Shown here piece by piece: positions 29,782-40,322 of a DNA stretch of 64,000 nt. The DNA is from Methanobacteriota archaeon. GTDB taxonomy: Archaea > Thermoplasmatota > Poseidoniia > Poseidoniales > Thalassarchaeaceae. The notes under the pieces are model-generated. The model saw only the letters and a program-made list of their open reading frames with translations. It had not been told where the DNA came from and ran no database searches. Where the stretch lies: positions 8,961 through 72,960 of the forward strand of contig JAERST010000003.1 in assembly GCA_016845365.1 (NCBI GenBank). Reading direction: 5' to 3'. Within the stretch, counting starts at the first letter, position 1. Every line of letters starts with the position of its first letter. Made by a program: the position numbers and the translations under genes.

Positions 29782-31050
29782 TCAGAAGGAATCTAGCCGG
29801 GTTTGTCGGATTCTTTGAGCGAACCATGAGTTGCGCAGGTCTTCGGGTGCTGAGATGCGTGGGGCGACGTGGTCGATGGCTTCCTTGAGCGAGTCGAAGC
29901 GCTTCGGAGTCTGTTTCATCGCCTCTCGAACCGTCTCTCGAATCAGCCAGACTCCGACCGGAGCCCAGTATCCTTCACCGATATCGCGCCATATCAAGCA
30001 GGCTCCGGAACGACCGATTGAGGTCATGTGTTCGAGCACACCCAAGCGTGCTGCGTAGTATGCGCCGGTAACTCGGTCGGCGTATTTTGTTCGAGGTTTC
30101 ATCTCTTCCCAATCGCCCAAAACGCGGCCTGAATCGGTCCACAGCGAGCCGCGAGTCCATGCCTCGAGCATCTGGAATGCCCAGAGGCCGGGGGTCAGAA
30201 TGATGTGGAAGCGGTTGTCGAGATAGGTGGCTTCGTAGACCAGCACTTTGTCAATCGAGGGCAAATCCCTCACCCTGCGCCACAGTCGCTTACCAAGCGT
30301 GTCATCTGTCGCTGTTATGCTCCAGCGCGTCGGGACTAGCCGACGCGCTGACTCCCGCCCAAGGATTCCAGATGAGAGCAGGCGGGAGATATGCGCCTCG
30401 CCGATGGACGAGGCGCTCAATTCATCCATTGCGACAGTTGCCAGCAAGTCGGTCTCACCTGATATTGAGTCGACCTTTCGAGGGATGCTTGGGTGGCCGA
30501 CGACCTCGGCGCGAAGCACCTCGCCCGTCGGTCCGAGAGGGGTACTCATCGAGTCGAAGGTCGGCGAGCGGCCGATGCGAATCGGGTTTGCGAAATCGAG
30601 TTCGACATCGACTGAGCGAGCGGCCATGGCAATCTCTTGAGTAGTCTCGAGCATTTGCCCCGGCCGCTGAGCCTCTTGCACTTTCATTCGCTGCCCGCCG
30701 GTAATCAAATTCGCATGACGGGCAGCCACTTCTTCGAGCGGGCGACCGAATAAATCGGCAGGATCTCCGGTCGCGCTCGGGGCAAATCCAGAATCATTCT
30801 CGAGCATCTCAGCTCCACTACCGAGTAGCTCCGCGCCACTATCTGGCAACCAACTGGCGCTCGGCCCAGCCCGCACATCAGGGTAGCCGTAGCGCCCCAC
30901 GAAGAGTTGCGGCGGGCTCGGCCCAACCATCTCACCGATAGAGGTCGGTTGAACCACGGGCAATCTGCTACGAACCTCGGCCAGCAGTGGACATGGGTCG
31001 ATTCCGCACAATCCCCGAATCCCTCGACACTCAAGACACTCGGGGAACAT
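29782..31050 (-). CDS. nreA: Nre family archaeal DNA repair protein
   Basis: CLECRG..LCGIDPCP, SPPQLFVGRYGYP, RRLVPTRWSITATDD, GAYYAARL, PVGVWLIRE, C-terminal PIP box QTRLDSF. Confidence 0.93.
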   Translation of the reverse strand: MFPECLECRGIRGLCGIDPCPLLAEVRSRLPVVQPTSIGEMVGPSPPQLFVGRYGYPDVRAGPSASWLPDSGAELLGSGAEMLENDSGFAPSATGDPADLFGRPLEEVAARHANLITGGQRMKVQEAQRPGQMLETTQEIAMAARSVDVELDFANPIRIGRSPTFDSMSTPLGPTGEVLRAEVVGHPSIPRKVDSISGETDLLATVAMDELSASSIGEAHISRLLSSGILGRESARRLVPTRWSITATDDTLGKRLWRRVRDLPSIDKVLVYEATYLDNRFHIILTPGLWAFQMLEAWTRGSLWTDSGRVLGDWEEMKPRTKYADRVTGAYYAARLGVLEHMTSIGRSGACLIWRDIGEGYWAPVGVWLIRETVREAMKQTPKRFDSLKEAIDHVAPRISAPEDLRNSWFAQRIRQTRLDSF

Positions 31051-31189
31051 ACACCACGAAAGCTGAATCGAACGCTCTTAGCGATACCCTTTGCACGAAG
31101 CCGAGAATGCGGGCATTCAAAGGGGTGGAATCCCACGCGTTATCCGAAGTAGCCGAGAGGCGAGCGCAATCCAAACAGGAGGTTGGAAT

Positions 31190-31621
31190 ATGAGCAGGAT
31201 ACCAGCGGTCAAATTGCAGCAACTGATGGGGCTGGACGATTATGAATTGACTCTAGCAATCGACCGAGTGGCGACCGAGTTGGGAATGACTCCAGCCCAA
31301 GTTCAAGCCGAATTGGATAGCATCGAGGCTGGTTCTGCCAGCGGAAAAATCGACTCTGCAATCGCACCGGAAGTCGCCAAGCGTACCTCGATTTTCCGCA
31401 CCGAAGTCGAGGACCATGGCGAGGGTGCTCCAACCTACGTCACAGACACCTCGAAGTTCAGAGTCTCATATGACCCGAGCCATGAAGGCAAGAAGCGGCA
31501 AGAGCAGGTCTCGCAAGCAATCGTCTGCTCAAATTGCTCGGCCCCGCTCGGCATCCCTGACATCCGACCAATCAGAGTAGTTTGTCCATCGTGTCAGATG
31601 GAGATGACTTACGAGCGCTGA
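31190..31621 (+). CDS. Hypothetical protein with C-terminal zinc ribbon
   Basis: CSNC...CPSC; GGAGG Shine-Dalgarno upstream. Confidence 0.75.
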   Translation: MSRIPAVKLQQLMGLDDYELTLAIDRVATELGMTPAQVQAELDSIEAGSASGKIDSAIAPEVAKRTSIFRTEVEDHGEGAPTYVTDTSKFRVSYDPSHEGKKRQEQVSQAIVCSNCSAPLGIPDIRPIRVVCPSCQMEMTYER

Positions 31622-31814
31622 TCGCCGAATCGCCGCCAAAGCGGCGATTCAGCCTCTCTGCGCTCGCTACTCCTATCCGACCTCAGTTCCGGGTAACCGG
31701 GCAGTAGTTGATCATAGGTCACGATTTGAAGGAGGAGAGTGATGGAGTCGAAGTGATCTCGTCTGTTAGTGGCGAGCGCTGTGGTATGCCGAATCTGCTG
31801 AATATTACTACGAA

Positions 31815-32993
31815 TCAAATGCCCCAATATCGGTTGCCGCCATCATCCTCAGCCTCAGCAGTAACCGATTCGATAGCAGTCCTCAGAAGATAGTAGAGGA
31901 TGATGGCGAAAATAGGGAATACCCACGTCTGGTAGACATTCCCGGCATCCAATTGGAAGTCTCCACCACCAAGCTCGGCCAAAGTCACCTCAATCACCGC
32001 CTTCGACACGGCGTAAATCACCGCCCCCAATCCAATCAACAACATCGATTGGCCGGTGAAAGAGCCTTCCTTCCAGCGTAGCACGCCCAGTGAGAGAATG
32101 AAGGAGAAAGTAGCGACCAAAATCCACGTCAAAGCCTGGTCAATTGCGATAACCCAAACAGCAATATTTCGATTGACTGAGTCGATGTCAAATGTGTCAA
32201 TTCGATTGAAAGCATCGAGAACATAAGTGTTCAATTCGGCAGTCGTTCCGTAGAAAACCGAATAGAAAGTCAGTATCGAAAACAGCACCGAAACAATCGA
32301 CAATCCCCACAATAACGAGGACCAAATTCCTCCCGTCGCGCTCTCCCGCATGTCGATCATCAGACGCTCGAGCTGCTGCTCCCAACCGAGTCCTTTTGCA
32401 AGAATCCAGATTCCAATAATCAACGGCATAGCACCGATTAGAACAGCGCCGTTGGGAAGAATCAATCCAAGCCCGAAGATGATTAGAAACAGCGCCACAG
32501 GAACGAGCAATTTTGCTCGCCAACGCGGGTCTTCGATGGCTTTGGCGATGTAATAGTAAGTGCTCTCGATACCTTTCGATTGCCGGACGATGATTTTCTC
32601 GACGTGGTCGACTCGGACTCGCGAGGTGATGATTGGAAGCGAGGCCTCGTCATCAGCACCGTCGGTGACGAGAACCGCTGTATCCGGTTGGAATTCCTGA
32701 ATCACTTCGTCGAGTTGACTGGCGATGGCGCGGTCTGAGCGGGGGCCGACGCGAACATCGCCTGTCAGAATTGCAATCTCGACCTCGTCATCTCCCTCGG
32801 TGCGCTCGGCGATTCTATCGTGATGGTGAAGCGCACCGAGAACCGCGTTCGTATCGGATTCTTCTGGGTCGGCGATACCGAGTCTGAGAGCCGCCGTCAA
32901 TGTGGCTTTGCGGCCGATGACAGGACCTCGAATTCCCGCCTTGACGCCGAGGTCATTGTCTCGGTCGACGGTAAGAACGAGTGTACGCACCAT
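31815..32993 (-). CDS. DUF373 family archaeal membrane protein
   Basis: LVLTVDRDNDLG, ADPEESDTN, VTDGADDE, VRQS..IESTYY followed by TM helices. Confidence 0.92.
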   Translation of the reverse strand: MVRTLVLTVDRDNDLGVKAGIRGPVIGRKATLTAALRLGIADPEESDTNAVLGALHHHDRIAERTEGDDEVEIAILTGDVRVGPRSDRAIASQLDEVIQEFQPDTAVLVTDGADDEASLPIITSRVRVDHVEKIIVRQSKGIESTYYYIAKAIEDPRWRAKLLVPVALFLIIFGLGLILPNGAVLIGAMPLIIGIWILAKGLGWEQQLERLMIDMRESATGGIWSSLLWGLSIVSVLFSILTFYSVFYGTTAELNTYVLDAFNRIDTFDIDSVNRNIAVWVIAIDQALTWILVATFSFILSLGVLRWKEGSFTGQSMLLIGLGAVIYAVSKAVIEVTLAELGGGDFQLDAGNVYQTWVFPIFAIILYYLLRTAIESVTAEAEDDGGNRYWGI

Positions 32994-33034
32994 GTTCGCT
33001 TCCCCTGCTGCGGGGCGCAATGGGGTCTACTCCA

Positions 33035-34228
33035 TTATGAAGAATCGGCCTTATCGCTCGCTTCTGACGCACCTTCGGTGCGTTCGGCCGATTCGTCGGC
33101 GGCTTGTGCGAGACTCTCGTCTTGGTAGCGCCGCCGTTGTTTTGCTCTGAGATATTTCAGAGGATGAGTCATCCATTCCTGGTCACAAAGACGGTCGTCG
33201 CCATGGCTTACTGGGCAGCGAGCGCCGGTTTTCAGAGCCGAGCAGCCGTGTGGTGTGTATTGGCGCTCGTAGATATGGGCGACTTGGTAGGAGGTAGTTT
33301 CGGCGTTGTAATCGGGGGCGTTTTCGAAGAATGAGGCGGTGAGTTCTGGCGTGTGACCCATGGCTCTGGACATCGCTGCGAGGAAAACCCTCCCCGTGTG
33401 GTTCACGTTGATTCCTTGGGCCAGTTCTGCAACGGCTGATTCGAAGCACGGAGGCCAGTCCTCGCGGACGGCCGCCGACATCGGCATCTCGGCCGTGACG
33501 CGTTCTGAGAGCAGGCCGAGGATGCGGTCGACCGGATCGGCGAAGAGTCCTGCAAAAGCATCGTCCATCTTCGCCATCCGGTCGGCACATTCGGTTGTCA
33601 GCGATTGGCGGACGCGCTCCTTGAGCAGGCGCGCAGTCCGCTGTTGGCTGGTCTCGCCGCTGGCTGGATCCATGCGGACCCAGCCAGCTTCGACCGGGCG
33701 GTTGACGAGTCTCCAATATTTGCCCGTTATTTTTGGGCAGAGTTCGAGGAAATCGACCATCGGCACGTGGTAGACAATCTCGGTCGTGCCGGGCATCGCC
33801 TCGCTGCGAATATCGGAGAGATAAGTGCGGGCGATGGTGTCAAAATTCGGGCTGTCGATGCCGAATAATTGGTCAGCCCGACTGGCTTCTCCTTCGACCC
33901 AGCGGTTGAGCAAGCGGTCTTCGAAGGAGGCGCAGACGACGAGCATCGCGTGTAGGAAGGATAGCGCCTCGGTCATTCGACCGACGTCTGAGGAGATATC
34001 GACCGTGGTCGCCGAATCGACGCCTTCGCTGTGAACTACCGATTCGACCAAACGCAGACTGCCCCGTCGGCGGATGTCTTCCATCCAAGGTTCTTCGATG
34101 AGTCCTTCGACGGTGATTCCGTTATCGCTGAGTTGGGCGCGAATGTAGTCGCGACTCTGCGGTAAGAAGGGGTAACGAGCCAGTACCGACTCATCTTCGA
34201 TGACCGGCGGAGTGAGCGGCATCGGCAT
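33035..34228 (-). CDS. priL: DNA primase large subunit
   Basis: ARYPFL, WPPC, NHTGR, FENAPDYNAETTSYQVAHI, YTPHGC, HPLKY; Fe-S Cys residues. Confidence 0.9.
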   Translation of the reverse strand: MPMPLTPPVIEDESVLARYPFLPQSRDYIRAQLSDNGITVEGLIEEPWMEDIRRRGSLRLVESVVHSEGVDSATTVDISSDVGRMTEALSFLHAMLVVCASFEDRLLNRWVEGEASRADQLFGIDSPNFDTIARTYLSDIRSEAMPGTTEIVYHVPMVDFLELCPKITGKYWRLVNRPVEAGWVRMDPASGETSQQRTARLLKERVRQSLTTECADRMAKMDDAFAGLFADPVDRILGLLSERVTAEMPMSAAVREDWPPCFESAVAELAQGINVNHTGRVFLAAMSRAMGHTPELTASFFENAPDYNAETTSYQVAHIYERQYTPHGCSALKTGARCPVSHGDDRLCDQEWMTHPLKYLRAKQRRRYQDESLAQAADESAERTEGASEASDKADSS

Positions 34229-34295
34229 AGTGAGTGACAATGTGTCGAGAGGGTATTTCAAGACTCACCGAATCCTTCCACTGGAGAGGTCTCGC

Positions 34296-35054
34296 ATGAA
34301 CGGCAAACCCACCGACCTCACCGCGGTCGATGAGCGCTTGCTGGATTTGCAAGATGAGGTGCGGGCACACTTCGGTTGGGGGCTTTCTGCTGATGTCGAA
34401 AGTGCTCGCGATTTGATAGTGGCCGTCGAGGAAAGCGAGGTCGAATCGTGGTCGCGTGCGCGGCGAGCCCAAACCCTCGCTTCGCTGCACCGAAGGCTTG
34501 TTTTGCGCGAGTCTGAGGTGGCGGTTCTGGGGGCGGCGATAACCTCAGCCGAGGTCGAAAAAGCACTCTCGCGCAATGCCCGAATCATCGCCGCAGATGG
34601 TTCGTGCGGGGTGCTCGATACCCTACCCGACTCGATGTCCGAGCGCGCTTGGTCGCGCTTGGTCTGTGTTGTGAGTGATGCTGACGGCGGCGTGGGCACC
34701 GTCGCCGCCGTAAAGCGCGGGATTCCAATTATCCTCCACGCGCACGGTGACAATACCGATGCTTGGGGCGAGCTGCTCGCACTTGCCAGCGCTCGCCGCA
34801 CCCCACCACCACTAGTCTTGACTCATCAGACGCCCGAGCCAATCGATGGCATGCATAATCCCGGCGGGTTCACCGATGGGGATCGGGCGGTCTGCTTCGC
34901 TCGCGCTCTCGGAGTTCCGCGCGAGCGCATCAAACTCCTCGGTACGCGCACCGATGCAGTCGGAGAATGGTCGGGCGCGACCGACCCCGAGCGCAAGCTC
35001 GTCAAATTGCAGTGGATGGCAAAGGTGCTCCAACACCTTGGCTTCCTTGTGTGA
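34296..35054 (+). CDS. 6-hydroxymethyl-7,8-dihydropterin pyrophosphokinase (MptE/DUF115-like)
   Basis: IIAADG, VSDADG, HAHGDN, NPGGFTDGDRAV, KLVKLQW. Confidence 0.85.
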   Translation: MNGKPTDLTAVDERLLDLQDEVRAHFGWGLSADVESARDLIVAVEESEVESWSRARRAQTLASLHRRLVLRESEVAVLGAAITSAEVEKALSRNARIIAADGSCGVLDTLPDSMSERAWSRLVCVVSDADGGVGTVAAVKRGIPIILHAHGDNTDAWGELLALASARRTPPPLVLTHQTPEPIDGMHNPGGFTDGDRAVCFARALGVPRERIKLLGTRTDAVGEWSGATDPERKLVKLQWMAKVLQHLGFLV

Positions 35055-35141
35055 CGGCGCATTCAAGTCCAATAATCAAGCCTCTGAATGACACTGTCTC
35101 GGCTTCGATAAACAAGCGACTGCGCCGCTATTCAATCAAAA

Positions 35142-38100
35142 TCAAAGAAAGTCGCTCAGCGTCATGACGACGACGGTATCGTCGTTGAATAGAGAATCGA
35201 CGCTGTCAGAAAGCCAGTCGACCCGTTGTTGAGTATAGAGGTCGACCCCGTAGTTTTCGATGACGTGGCGGGTGACTTGGATGTATTTTCGGACGGAGCC
35301 TTCGGAGACCGTGAGAACGACGTTGCCCCCGCACATGCTGGACGTATCATCGCGCCCATTCGAAAGGCCTCCCTCGTTCTGCTTGCGCTGAATGCACCGC
35401 CCTGCCAATGGCATGCGGCGATAGGACTCGCCGCAGCGAACACAGCGAACTTTCTGCCGAGTGAAGGCGACGAGGTTGCCACGCAGGTCAGGCAGGAAGT
35501 GAGATTCGATGACCTGACTGGCAACCCTCGAGACATCGACGGCGCGCAGGCGGCTACCCAATGCTAACTGCGCGCTCATCTTGTCTACCATCGTCTCCAA
35601 TGTCTTGTAGGAAGAGTTGGCCGGCCCGGCGTCGAGTGGACCGGAATCGTGTGTCCAACCATAGCCGCGCAGGTCGCCGATTGTGCCCAAGCGGTGTTCG
35701 ACAATTTCGATGTCCGACTTGAGGTGAGCCGGGTGTGGCTGCTCGAGCGTGGCCTCGTAGAAGGCTCGCGGATATTGCCATGAGCAGTCGACGTTGAGAG
35801 CTTCTTTGTCGATTTCAGACGGGTTGAGTTGGGTGGTCAAAACCAGTGGTGCATCCATTCTCCCTCCGCGGTTGGCTGGCAGGATCGAGCGTGAGAAATT
35901 GAGGAGTCCATCCATGAGCATCATGATGCTGTCTTCGTCACCGTCACAGTTGCGACGTTTTGCTGCATGGAATAGCGGATGGGCGTAGCCGGCGGAGGCG
36001 TCGGTCCAACCTACGATGCGGCAGAGCACTCCGCCGGAGGTGTGTGGTGCGAGTCCGATTGCGAGGTGGCCGACGAGGTCGTTGGCGGTTTGGATATTGT
36101 AGAATGGTTCCATGCCGTAGAATCGAGTTAGCAATTCGTCGACATAATCGCAGGTGCCTTTGAGGTGGTCGATCGCGAGGGTTGAGGGGATGAAATCCTG
36201 AGGGTATAATTCGAGGATTTGCTCATCGTTGGCGAGAGGATTTCCGTCGACATCGTGGCTGTATCCTAGCTCTGCGAGGGTCTGCCACGGGGTGTTGATT
36301 TCCGAGGGTCTGAAATGGGTTACCGGCACGTCGATCATATCGTATCTGGCGGTTCCGTCTCTGAATACTGAGATTTCGTGACGGGCTCGCAGTATGCCTT
36401 TTTCGAGCGGTTCTGGGGTTTGATTATAGGACATCAACCCCTTCACTGCCTTGATTCTTTCAGGGAGTCGGTCGAGCCCGAGTGAGCGTCGCTTGACCTC
36501 CATCAGGGCGGCCACGGGGATGCTGGTTCTTTGGCCGAGTCTGCGCGGTGTTCTATTGCCTCGGGGTGGGCGTGGGCGAGTCTTGCCGCCGCACTCCTCG
36601 GCTACTGCTGGGTCGGGTCGGTTATGGCAGCGCAGCATTGGTGATTCCATGCCACATTTTGCGCAGATTCGCGGTCCGGTATCGACTCTGACTCTGCCGC
36701 GGGAAGCTGCGTGGCCGAGCAGGCGCTGAGGTCCACCGTGGTCGCCGATTGGGAATAGTGAGTGGACGAGTGGCTTCATCTCGCGCCTGCTGGCTTTCTC
36801 TGGTCGGCCCATCCTCGAGCCGATTCTGCATGAGACCGCATCTTCCCATCGCAACTCGGAGAGGCGTCGAACGAGCCACAGGTTTCGGTCGACTTCGTGG
36901 TCGTCGAGGATGTGGCGGGCCGCCATCAATTCCTTGTAATTCGGCGGTCCAGGGTCTTCGATTTTTAAGGCGGCTTCATCACCAGCCGCTTCGGTCTCAG
37001 CGATGCTCATTCCGCGCTGGCGGGCGGCGGTTTGGGCGCGGACACGCTCGACATTGCGCGCCGCCTCAATCTCTGACAGGCGCGAATCCTCTGCACGAAT
37101 CGTATCGGTGGCGGTTCGAATGCGCGCAACTCTGTCGGCAACATGTGGTCCGGCATCGACTTTCATTCGCAATTTTGAACCGTCGAGTTCGAGGCCGAGG
37201 CCATCGATTAGCGGCTCCCAATGGCTCGGTATGATGATGTCGCCGCGCTTGTGATGGTGTTGAATTCCGAGAACCAGAAGCGAGGATTTGACCACGCCGT
37301 GGCGCTGTACTTCGGTCCAGCGTGGCCAATCTCCAGTCGATGGAGTGTCCAGGCCAACATCCTCGAGATGTTGGTCGGGAGACCAATTCTTGACGACTGA
37401 AGGAATTCTCAATCCTCGACTTTCGACCTTGGCGGTCAACAAGGCTTCAATCAATTGAGGAGTGAATGAGAGTGGTAGATCGGACCACCACGGATTGAAT
37501 GGAGGCGGTGGGGCGGTCCCGAAGGACAGGCAGATTGCTCGAACCTGTTCCCAATTTAGGTCGAGGTTGCGCAGAAACCGATTCCAATCGCGCCGTCGGC
37601 GTGTGCGTTCAATTGCAGGTTCCCCGCCTCTACTTACCGCCCCATTGAACGGTAGGCCGGGCGGTAAGTGCTCGCGCGCAATACCCAATATTTGCGCGAG
37701 CGCCTCGACTTTAGCCGGCAGGTCGAGCGATTCGGCGAGGTCAGCCGCCCACCAATCTCGATTGTAGGGCGAGGGAACGAGATTCTTGTTATTCTCAAGG
37801 AATTCGCCGAATCCAACGAGCATTTCGCCGCTATCCCACAGTGAGATGACACGGTCGCTGACATCTCGCCATTCCTCGACCGTATCGATTCGGTGGAAGC
37901 CACCATCATCGAGCAAAACACTCGGCCCTTCGATATCCACCGAGGGCGTAACCGCGGCCGCCTTCCCCGGCCGCTCGGTCTTCATTTGCGTTCCAATCGC
38001 CAAGAATGATCCCATCGCTTCCATCGAAACGGGATTGATTCCAGCAGCAGCCAATCCCGAGGCTCGGCTGCGTCCGTAGCGCAGCCGGAAAGCGCCCGGT

Positions 38101-39110
38101 TCACACGGCTCACCAAAGACCGGGCGCCCAGCGATGACATCGTCGAGAAAACGGTCATCGCGCTTGATAATCCGACGTTTGAACGTGGAATCGGCGTCCT
38201 TTGACTTGCCTTTTGAGGCGAAGTGAGCGATGAATTCCCAGCCTGGAATTTGCAATCTTTCGGTGTGTTTTTGGATTTTCGGAGCCTTCAGACAAAGCCC
38301 CTCTCCAATGACCAACATCACGCCACCGCGGACTCGCGCTCCCTCGATATTCCGCACTTCTTTGTAGCCCGAGCACTCGATTTGCTCGGTCGCCTCGCCG
38401 TTGATCATCACAGGGCAGGCGCGGACGATGATCTCGATTTCCTCGGGCGGCGGCTTGTACTGCAGACCGGCTCGATACAAGCCGAACTCCTCCTTGACGC
38501 GCTCTACTTCGGGCGTCGTTGGAATGTAGCGATTTAGCCCGAGCTCTCGGCGGACCATATCTCCGATGAGCACGCCGAGAGCCTGTGCGGTCCCTCCCGC
38601 TGCACGGATTGGACCGCAGAATTCGATTGAAAGGAATTCACTCCCATCCTCATTATTGAGAATCTTCACGTCGCCAATGCCTTCGAGAGGTGCGACGAGA
38701 ACGGCCTCGGTTAGGACAGCCAATCCTACTCGCAGACCGGTATCGATTGAACGTCGCACGTCCGCAGTCAACGCATGCATACGTTTGGCGACCTCGACCG
38801 CGCTCTGAATTGAGGCAGTCTCGCGGTCGACGCGTTTCAGCAATTTTCGCAAATCATCTTCGATTCGAATTGGCTCTTGATCAGGTTCTGGACGAAGGTA
38901 TTCTTCGAGCAATTTTTCGGTTCGGCTCGCAAGGTCAGCCGCTCGTGGAATCTCCACTGTATCGGCAAAATCCAGACCCTTCGAGCGAGCCTCACCCGCT
39001 ATCTGGTAAGCATGCTCGGTGCGCTCTTCGAGCCAGCGGCTGTAAGACTCCATTTCGCTGGTGAGACGAGTCTCATCGACCACCACCTCAGGACTGTCTC
39101 CTCCGACCAT
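35142..39110 (-). CDS. polC: DNA polymerase II (PolD) large subunit DP2
   Basis: GPIRAAGGTAQAL, FRLRYGRSR, RMGRPEKA, EPLEKGILRA, HAAKRRNCDGDED, GGRMDAPL. Confidence 0.98.
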   Translation of the reverse strand: MVGGDSPEVVVDETRLTSEMESYSRWLEERTEHAYQIAGEARSKGLDFADTVEIPRAADLASRTEKLLEEYLRPEPDQEPIRIEDDLRKLLKRVDRETASIQSAVEVAKRMHALTADVRRSIDTGLRVGLAVLTEAVLVAPLEGIGDVKILNNEDGSEFLSIEFCGPIRAAGGTAQALGVLIGDMVRRELGLNRYIPTTPEVERVKEEFGLYRAGLQYKPPPEEIEIIVRACPVMINGEATEQIECSGYKEVRNIEGARVRGGVMLVIGEGLCLKAPKIQKHTERLQIPGWEFIAHFASKGKSKDADSTFKRRIIKRDDRFLDDVIAGRPVFGEPCEPGAFRLRYGRSRASGLAAAGINPVSMEAMGSFLAIGTQMKTERPGKAAAVTPSVDIEGPSVLLDDGGFHRIDTVEEWRDVSDRVISLWDSGEMLVGFGEFLENNKNLVPSPYNRDWWAADLAESLDLPAKVEALAQILGIAREHLPPGLPFNGAVSRGGEPAIERTRRRRDWNRFLRNLDLNWEQVRAICLSFGTAPPPPFNPWWSDLPLSFTPQLIEALLTAKVESRGLRIPSVVKNWSPDQHLEDVGLDTPSTGDWPRWTEVQRHGVVKSSLLVLGIQHHHKRGDIIIPSHWEPLIDGLGLELDGSKLRMKVDAGPHVADRVARIRTATDTIRAEDSRLSEIEAARNVERVRAQTAARQRGMSIAETEAAGDEAALKIEDPGPPNYKELMAARHILDDHEVDRNLWLVRRLSELRWEDAVSCRIGSRMGRPEKASRREMKPLVHSLFPIGDHGGPQRLLGHAASRGRVRVDTGPRICAKCGMESPMLRCHNRPDPAVAEECGGKTRPRPPRGNRTPRRLGQRTSIPVAALMEVKRRSLGLDRLPERIKAVKGLMSYNQTPEPLEKGILRARHEISVFRDGTARYDMIDVPVTHFRPSEINTPWQTLAELGYSHDVDGNPLANDEQILELYPQDFIPSTLAIDHLKGTCDYVDELLTRFYGMEPFYNIQTANDLVGHLAIGLAPHTSGGVLCRIVGWTDASAGYAHPLFHAAKRRNCDGDEDSIMMLMDGLLNFSRSILPANRGGRMDAPLVLTTQLNPSEIDKEALNVDCSWQYPRAFYEATLEQPHPAHLKSDIEIVEHRLGTIGDLRGYGWTHDSGPLDAGPANSSYKTLETMVDKMSAQLALGSRLRAVDVSRVASQVIESHFLPDLRGNLVAFTRQKVRCVRCGESYRRMPLAGRCIQRKQNEGGLSNGRDDTSSMCGGNVVLTVSEGSVRKYIQVTRHVIENYGVDLYTQQRVDWLSDSVDSLFNDDTVVVMTLSDFL

Positions 39111-39250
39111 ATCTCATACGCTCCGCCGTGCGACATCCGACCACCGCACGCGGCCGTCCAAGAACATTCACTGTGTTCTCGCTGCCGACCCTGCTTCCGC
39201 GTGCGAACCTTCATCCGGTTCCCGCCGAGCCGAAATGGATGGGAAGAGAC

Positions 39251-39835
39251 ATGTCGACCACGGTTGCCCAAGCCAAGCAACGCCTCATCGAGTGTGTGCG
39301 CGAACTCGCCTACCTCCACTCCCCTGACGAACTCTTCACACTCGCCAGCGGACGGCAAAGTCCCCATTTCTTCGATATGAAGCCGGTGATGATGAATCCC
39401 GAGTGCGCCCACTTAATCGGTGTACTGCTCCATGCTGAGGTCGATGCACTCGGCGGTATCGATGCCGTCGGCGGACTCGAACTTGGTGCGGTCCCGCTCG
39501 CCGGCATCGCCATCGCGAAGGCCGGCAAAGGCTCGACGCTTCGCGGCTTCATGGTCCGCAAAGAAGCCAAAGGCCGCGGCGGGCGCAAGACCGGGAATCC
39601 ACCAGGAGTAGAGGGTTCGACCTTGAGGGCGGGCGACCGAGTCGTTCTGCTAGAGGATGTGACGACCACCGGCGGCTCGGCTCTGAAAGCGGCTACGCGA
39701 CTGACCGATATGGGCTGCGAAGTAGTCGCTTGCATCACCATCCTCGACCGCGAAGAGGGTGGGCAGGAAGCATTTGCCGAGGCGGGGGTCAAACTTCTGC
39801 CGTTGATTGTCCGCTCGGACGTGACCGGTGAGTGA
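39251..39835 (+). CDS. pyrE: Orotate phosphoribosyltransferase
   Basis: FTLASGRQS, GLELGAVP, VRKEAK, VLLEDVTTTGGS. Confidence 0.96.
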   Translation: MSTTVAQAKQRLIECVRELAYLHSPDELFTLASGRQSPHFFDMKPVMMNPECAHLIGVLLHAEVDALGGIDAVGGLELGAVPLAGIAIAKAGKGSTLRGFMVRKEAKGRGGRKTGNPPGVEGSTLRAGDRVVLLEDVTTTGGSALKAATRLTDMGCEVVACITILDREEGGQEAFAEAGVKLLPLIVRSDVTGE

Positions 39836-39857
39836 GAGCGAAGTTTTGGGTGAGTGA

Positions 39858-40253
39858 ATGAGCTCGCACGTCATCGATTCGAGCGAACCTTATCACCCTG
39901 AAAAACTCGAAGAAAAGGAGTACGTCGGCGCTGCAGCTTACTTCGAACTCGATCTTCGAACCGGCGTTATTCTGCGCGTAGAGGAATTTCCGGAGATGCG
40001 CAAGCCCTCGTACAAAATTGAGGTAGATTTCGGCCCGGTGATCGGGCGAAAGTGGAGCTCTGCTCAGATTACGAATTATGCGCGCGCCGATTTGGTGGGG
40101 CGGACTGTTGTCGGCGCGCTGAATCTGGGCGACAAGACTCTCCCGACAGGTTTTGTGAGCCAATTTCTGGTTCTCGGAGCACTTGACCCGGATGGTACGG
40201 TGCGTTTGCTAGAATTGCCGGATGGCGTGCTGCCGGGTTCAGCTGTTGCCTGA
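39858..40253 (+). CDS. csaA: tRNA-binding/chaperone protein (CsaA family, OB fold)
   Basis: LDLRTG, FPEMRKPSYK, DFG...SSAQIT, SQFLVLG. Confidence 0.88.
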   Translation: MSSHVIDSSEPYHPEKLEEKEYVGAAAYFELDLRTGVILRVEEFPEMRKPSYKIEVDFGPVIGRKWSSAQITNYARADLVGRTVVGALNLGDKTLPTGFVSQFLVLGALDPDGTVRLLELPDGVLPGSAVA

Positions 40254-40322
40254 AGAAATGGGCTGGCGATTCTCGAGTCGCGGACCATCATGCTCTTGAG
40301 CCGAAGGCGCTGGGCAAGTCTC

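Noticed and set aside
35920..35975. Intein in PolD DP2 at the KRRN/CDGDED site
   Set aside because: The motif is contiguous, with no insertion
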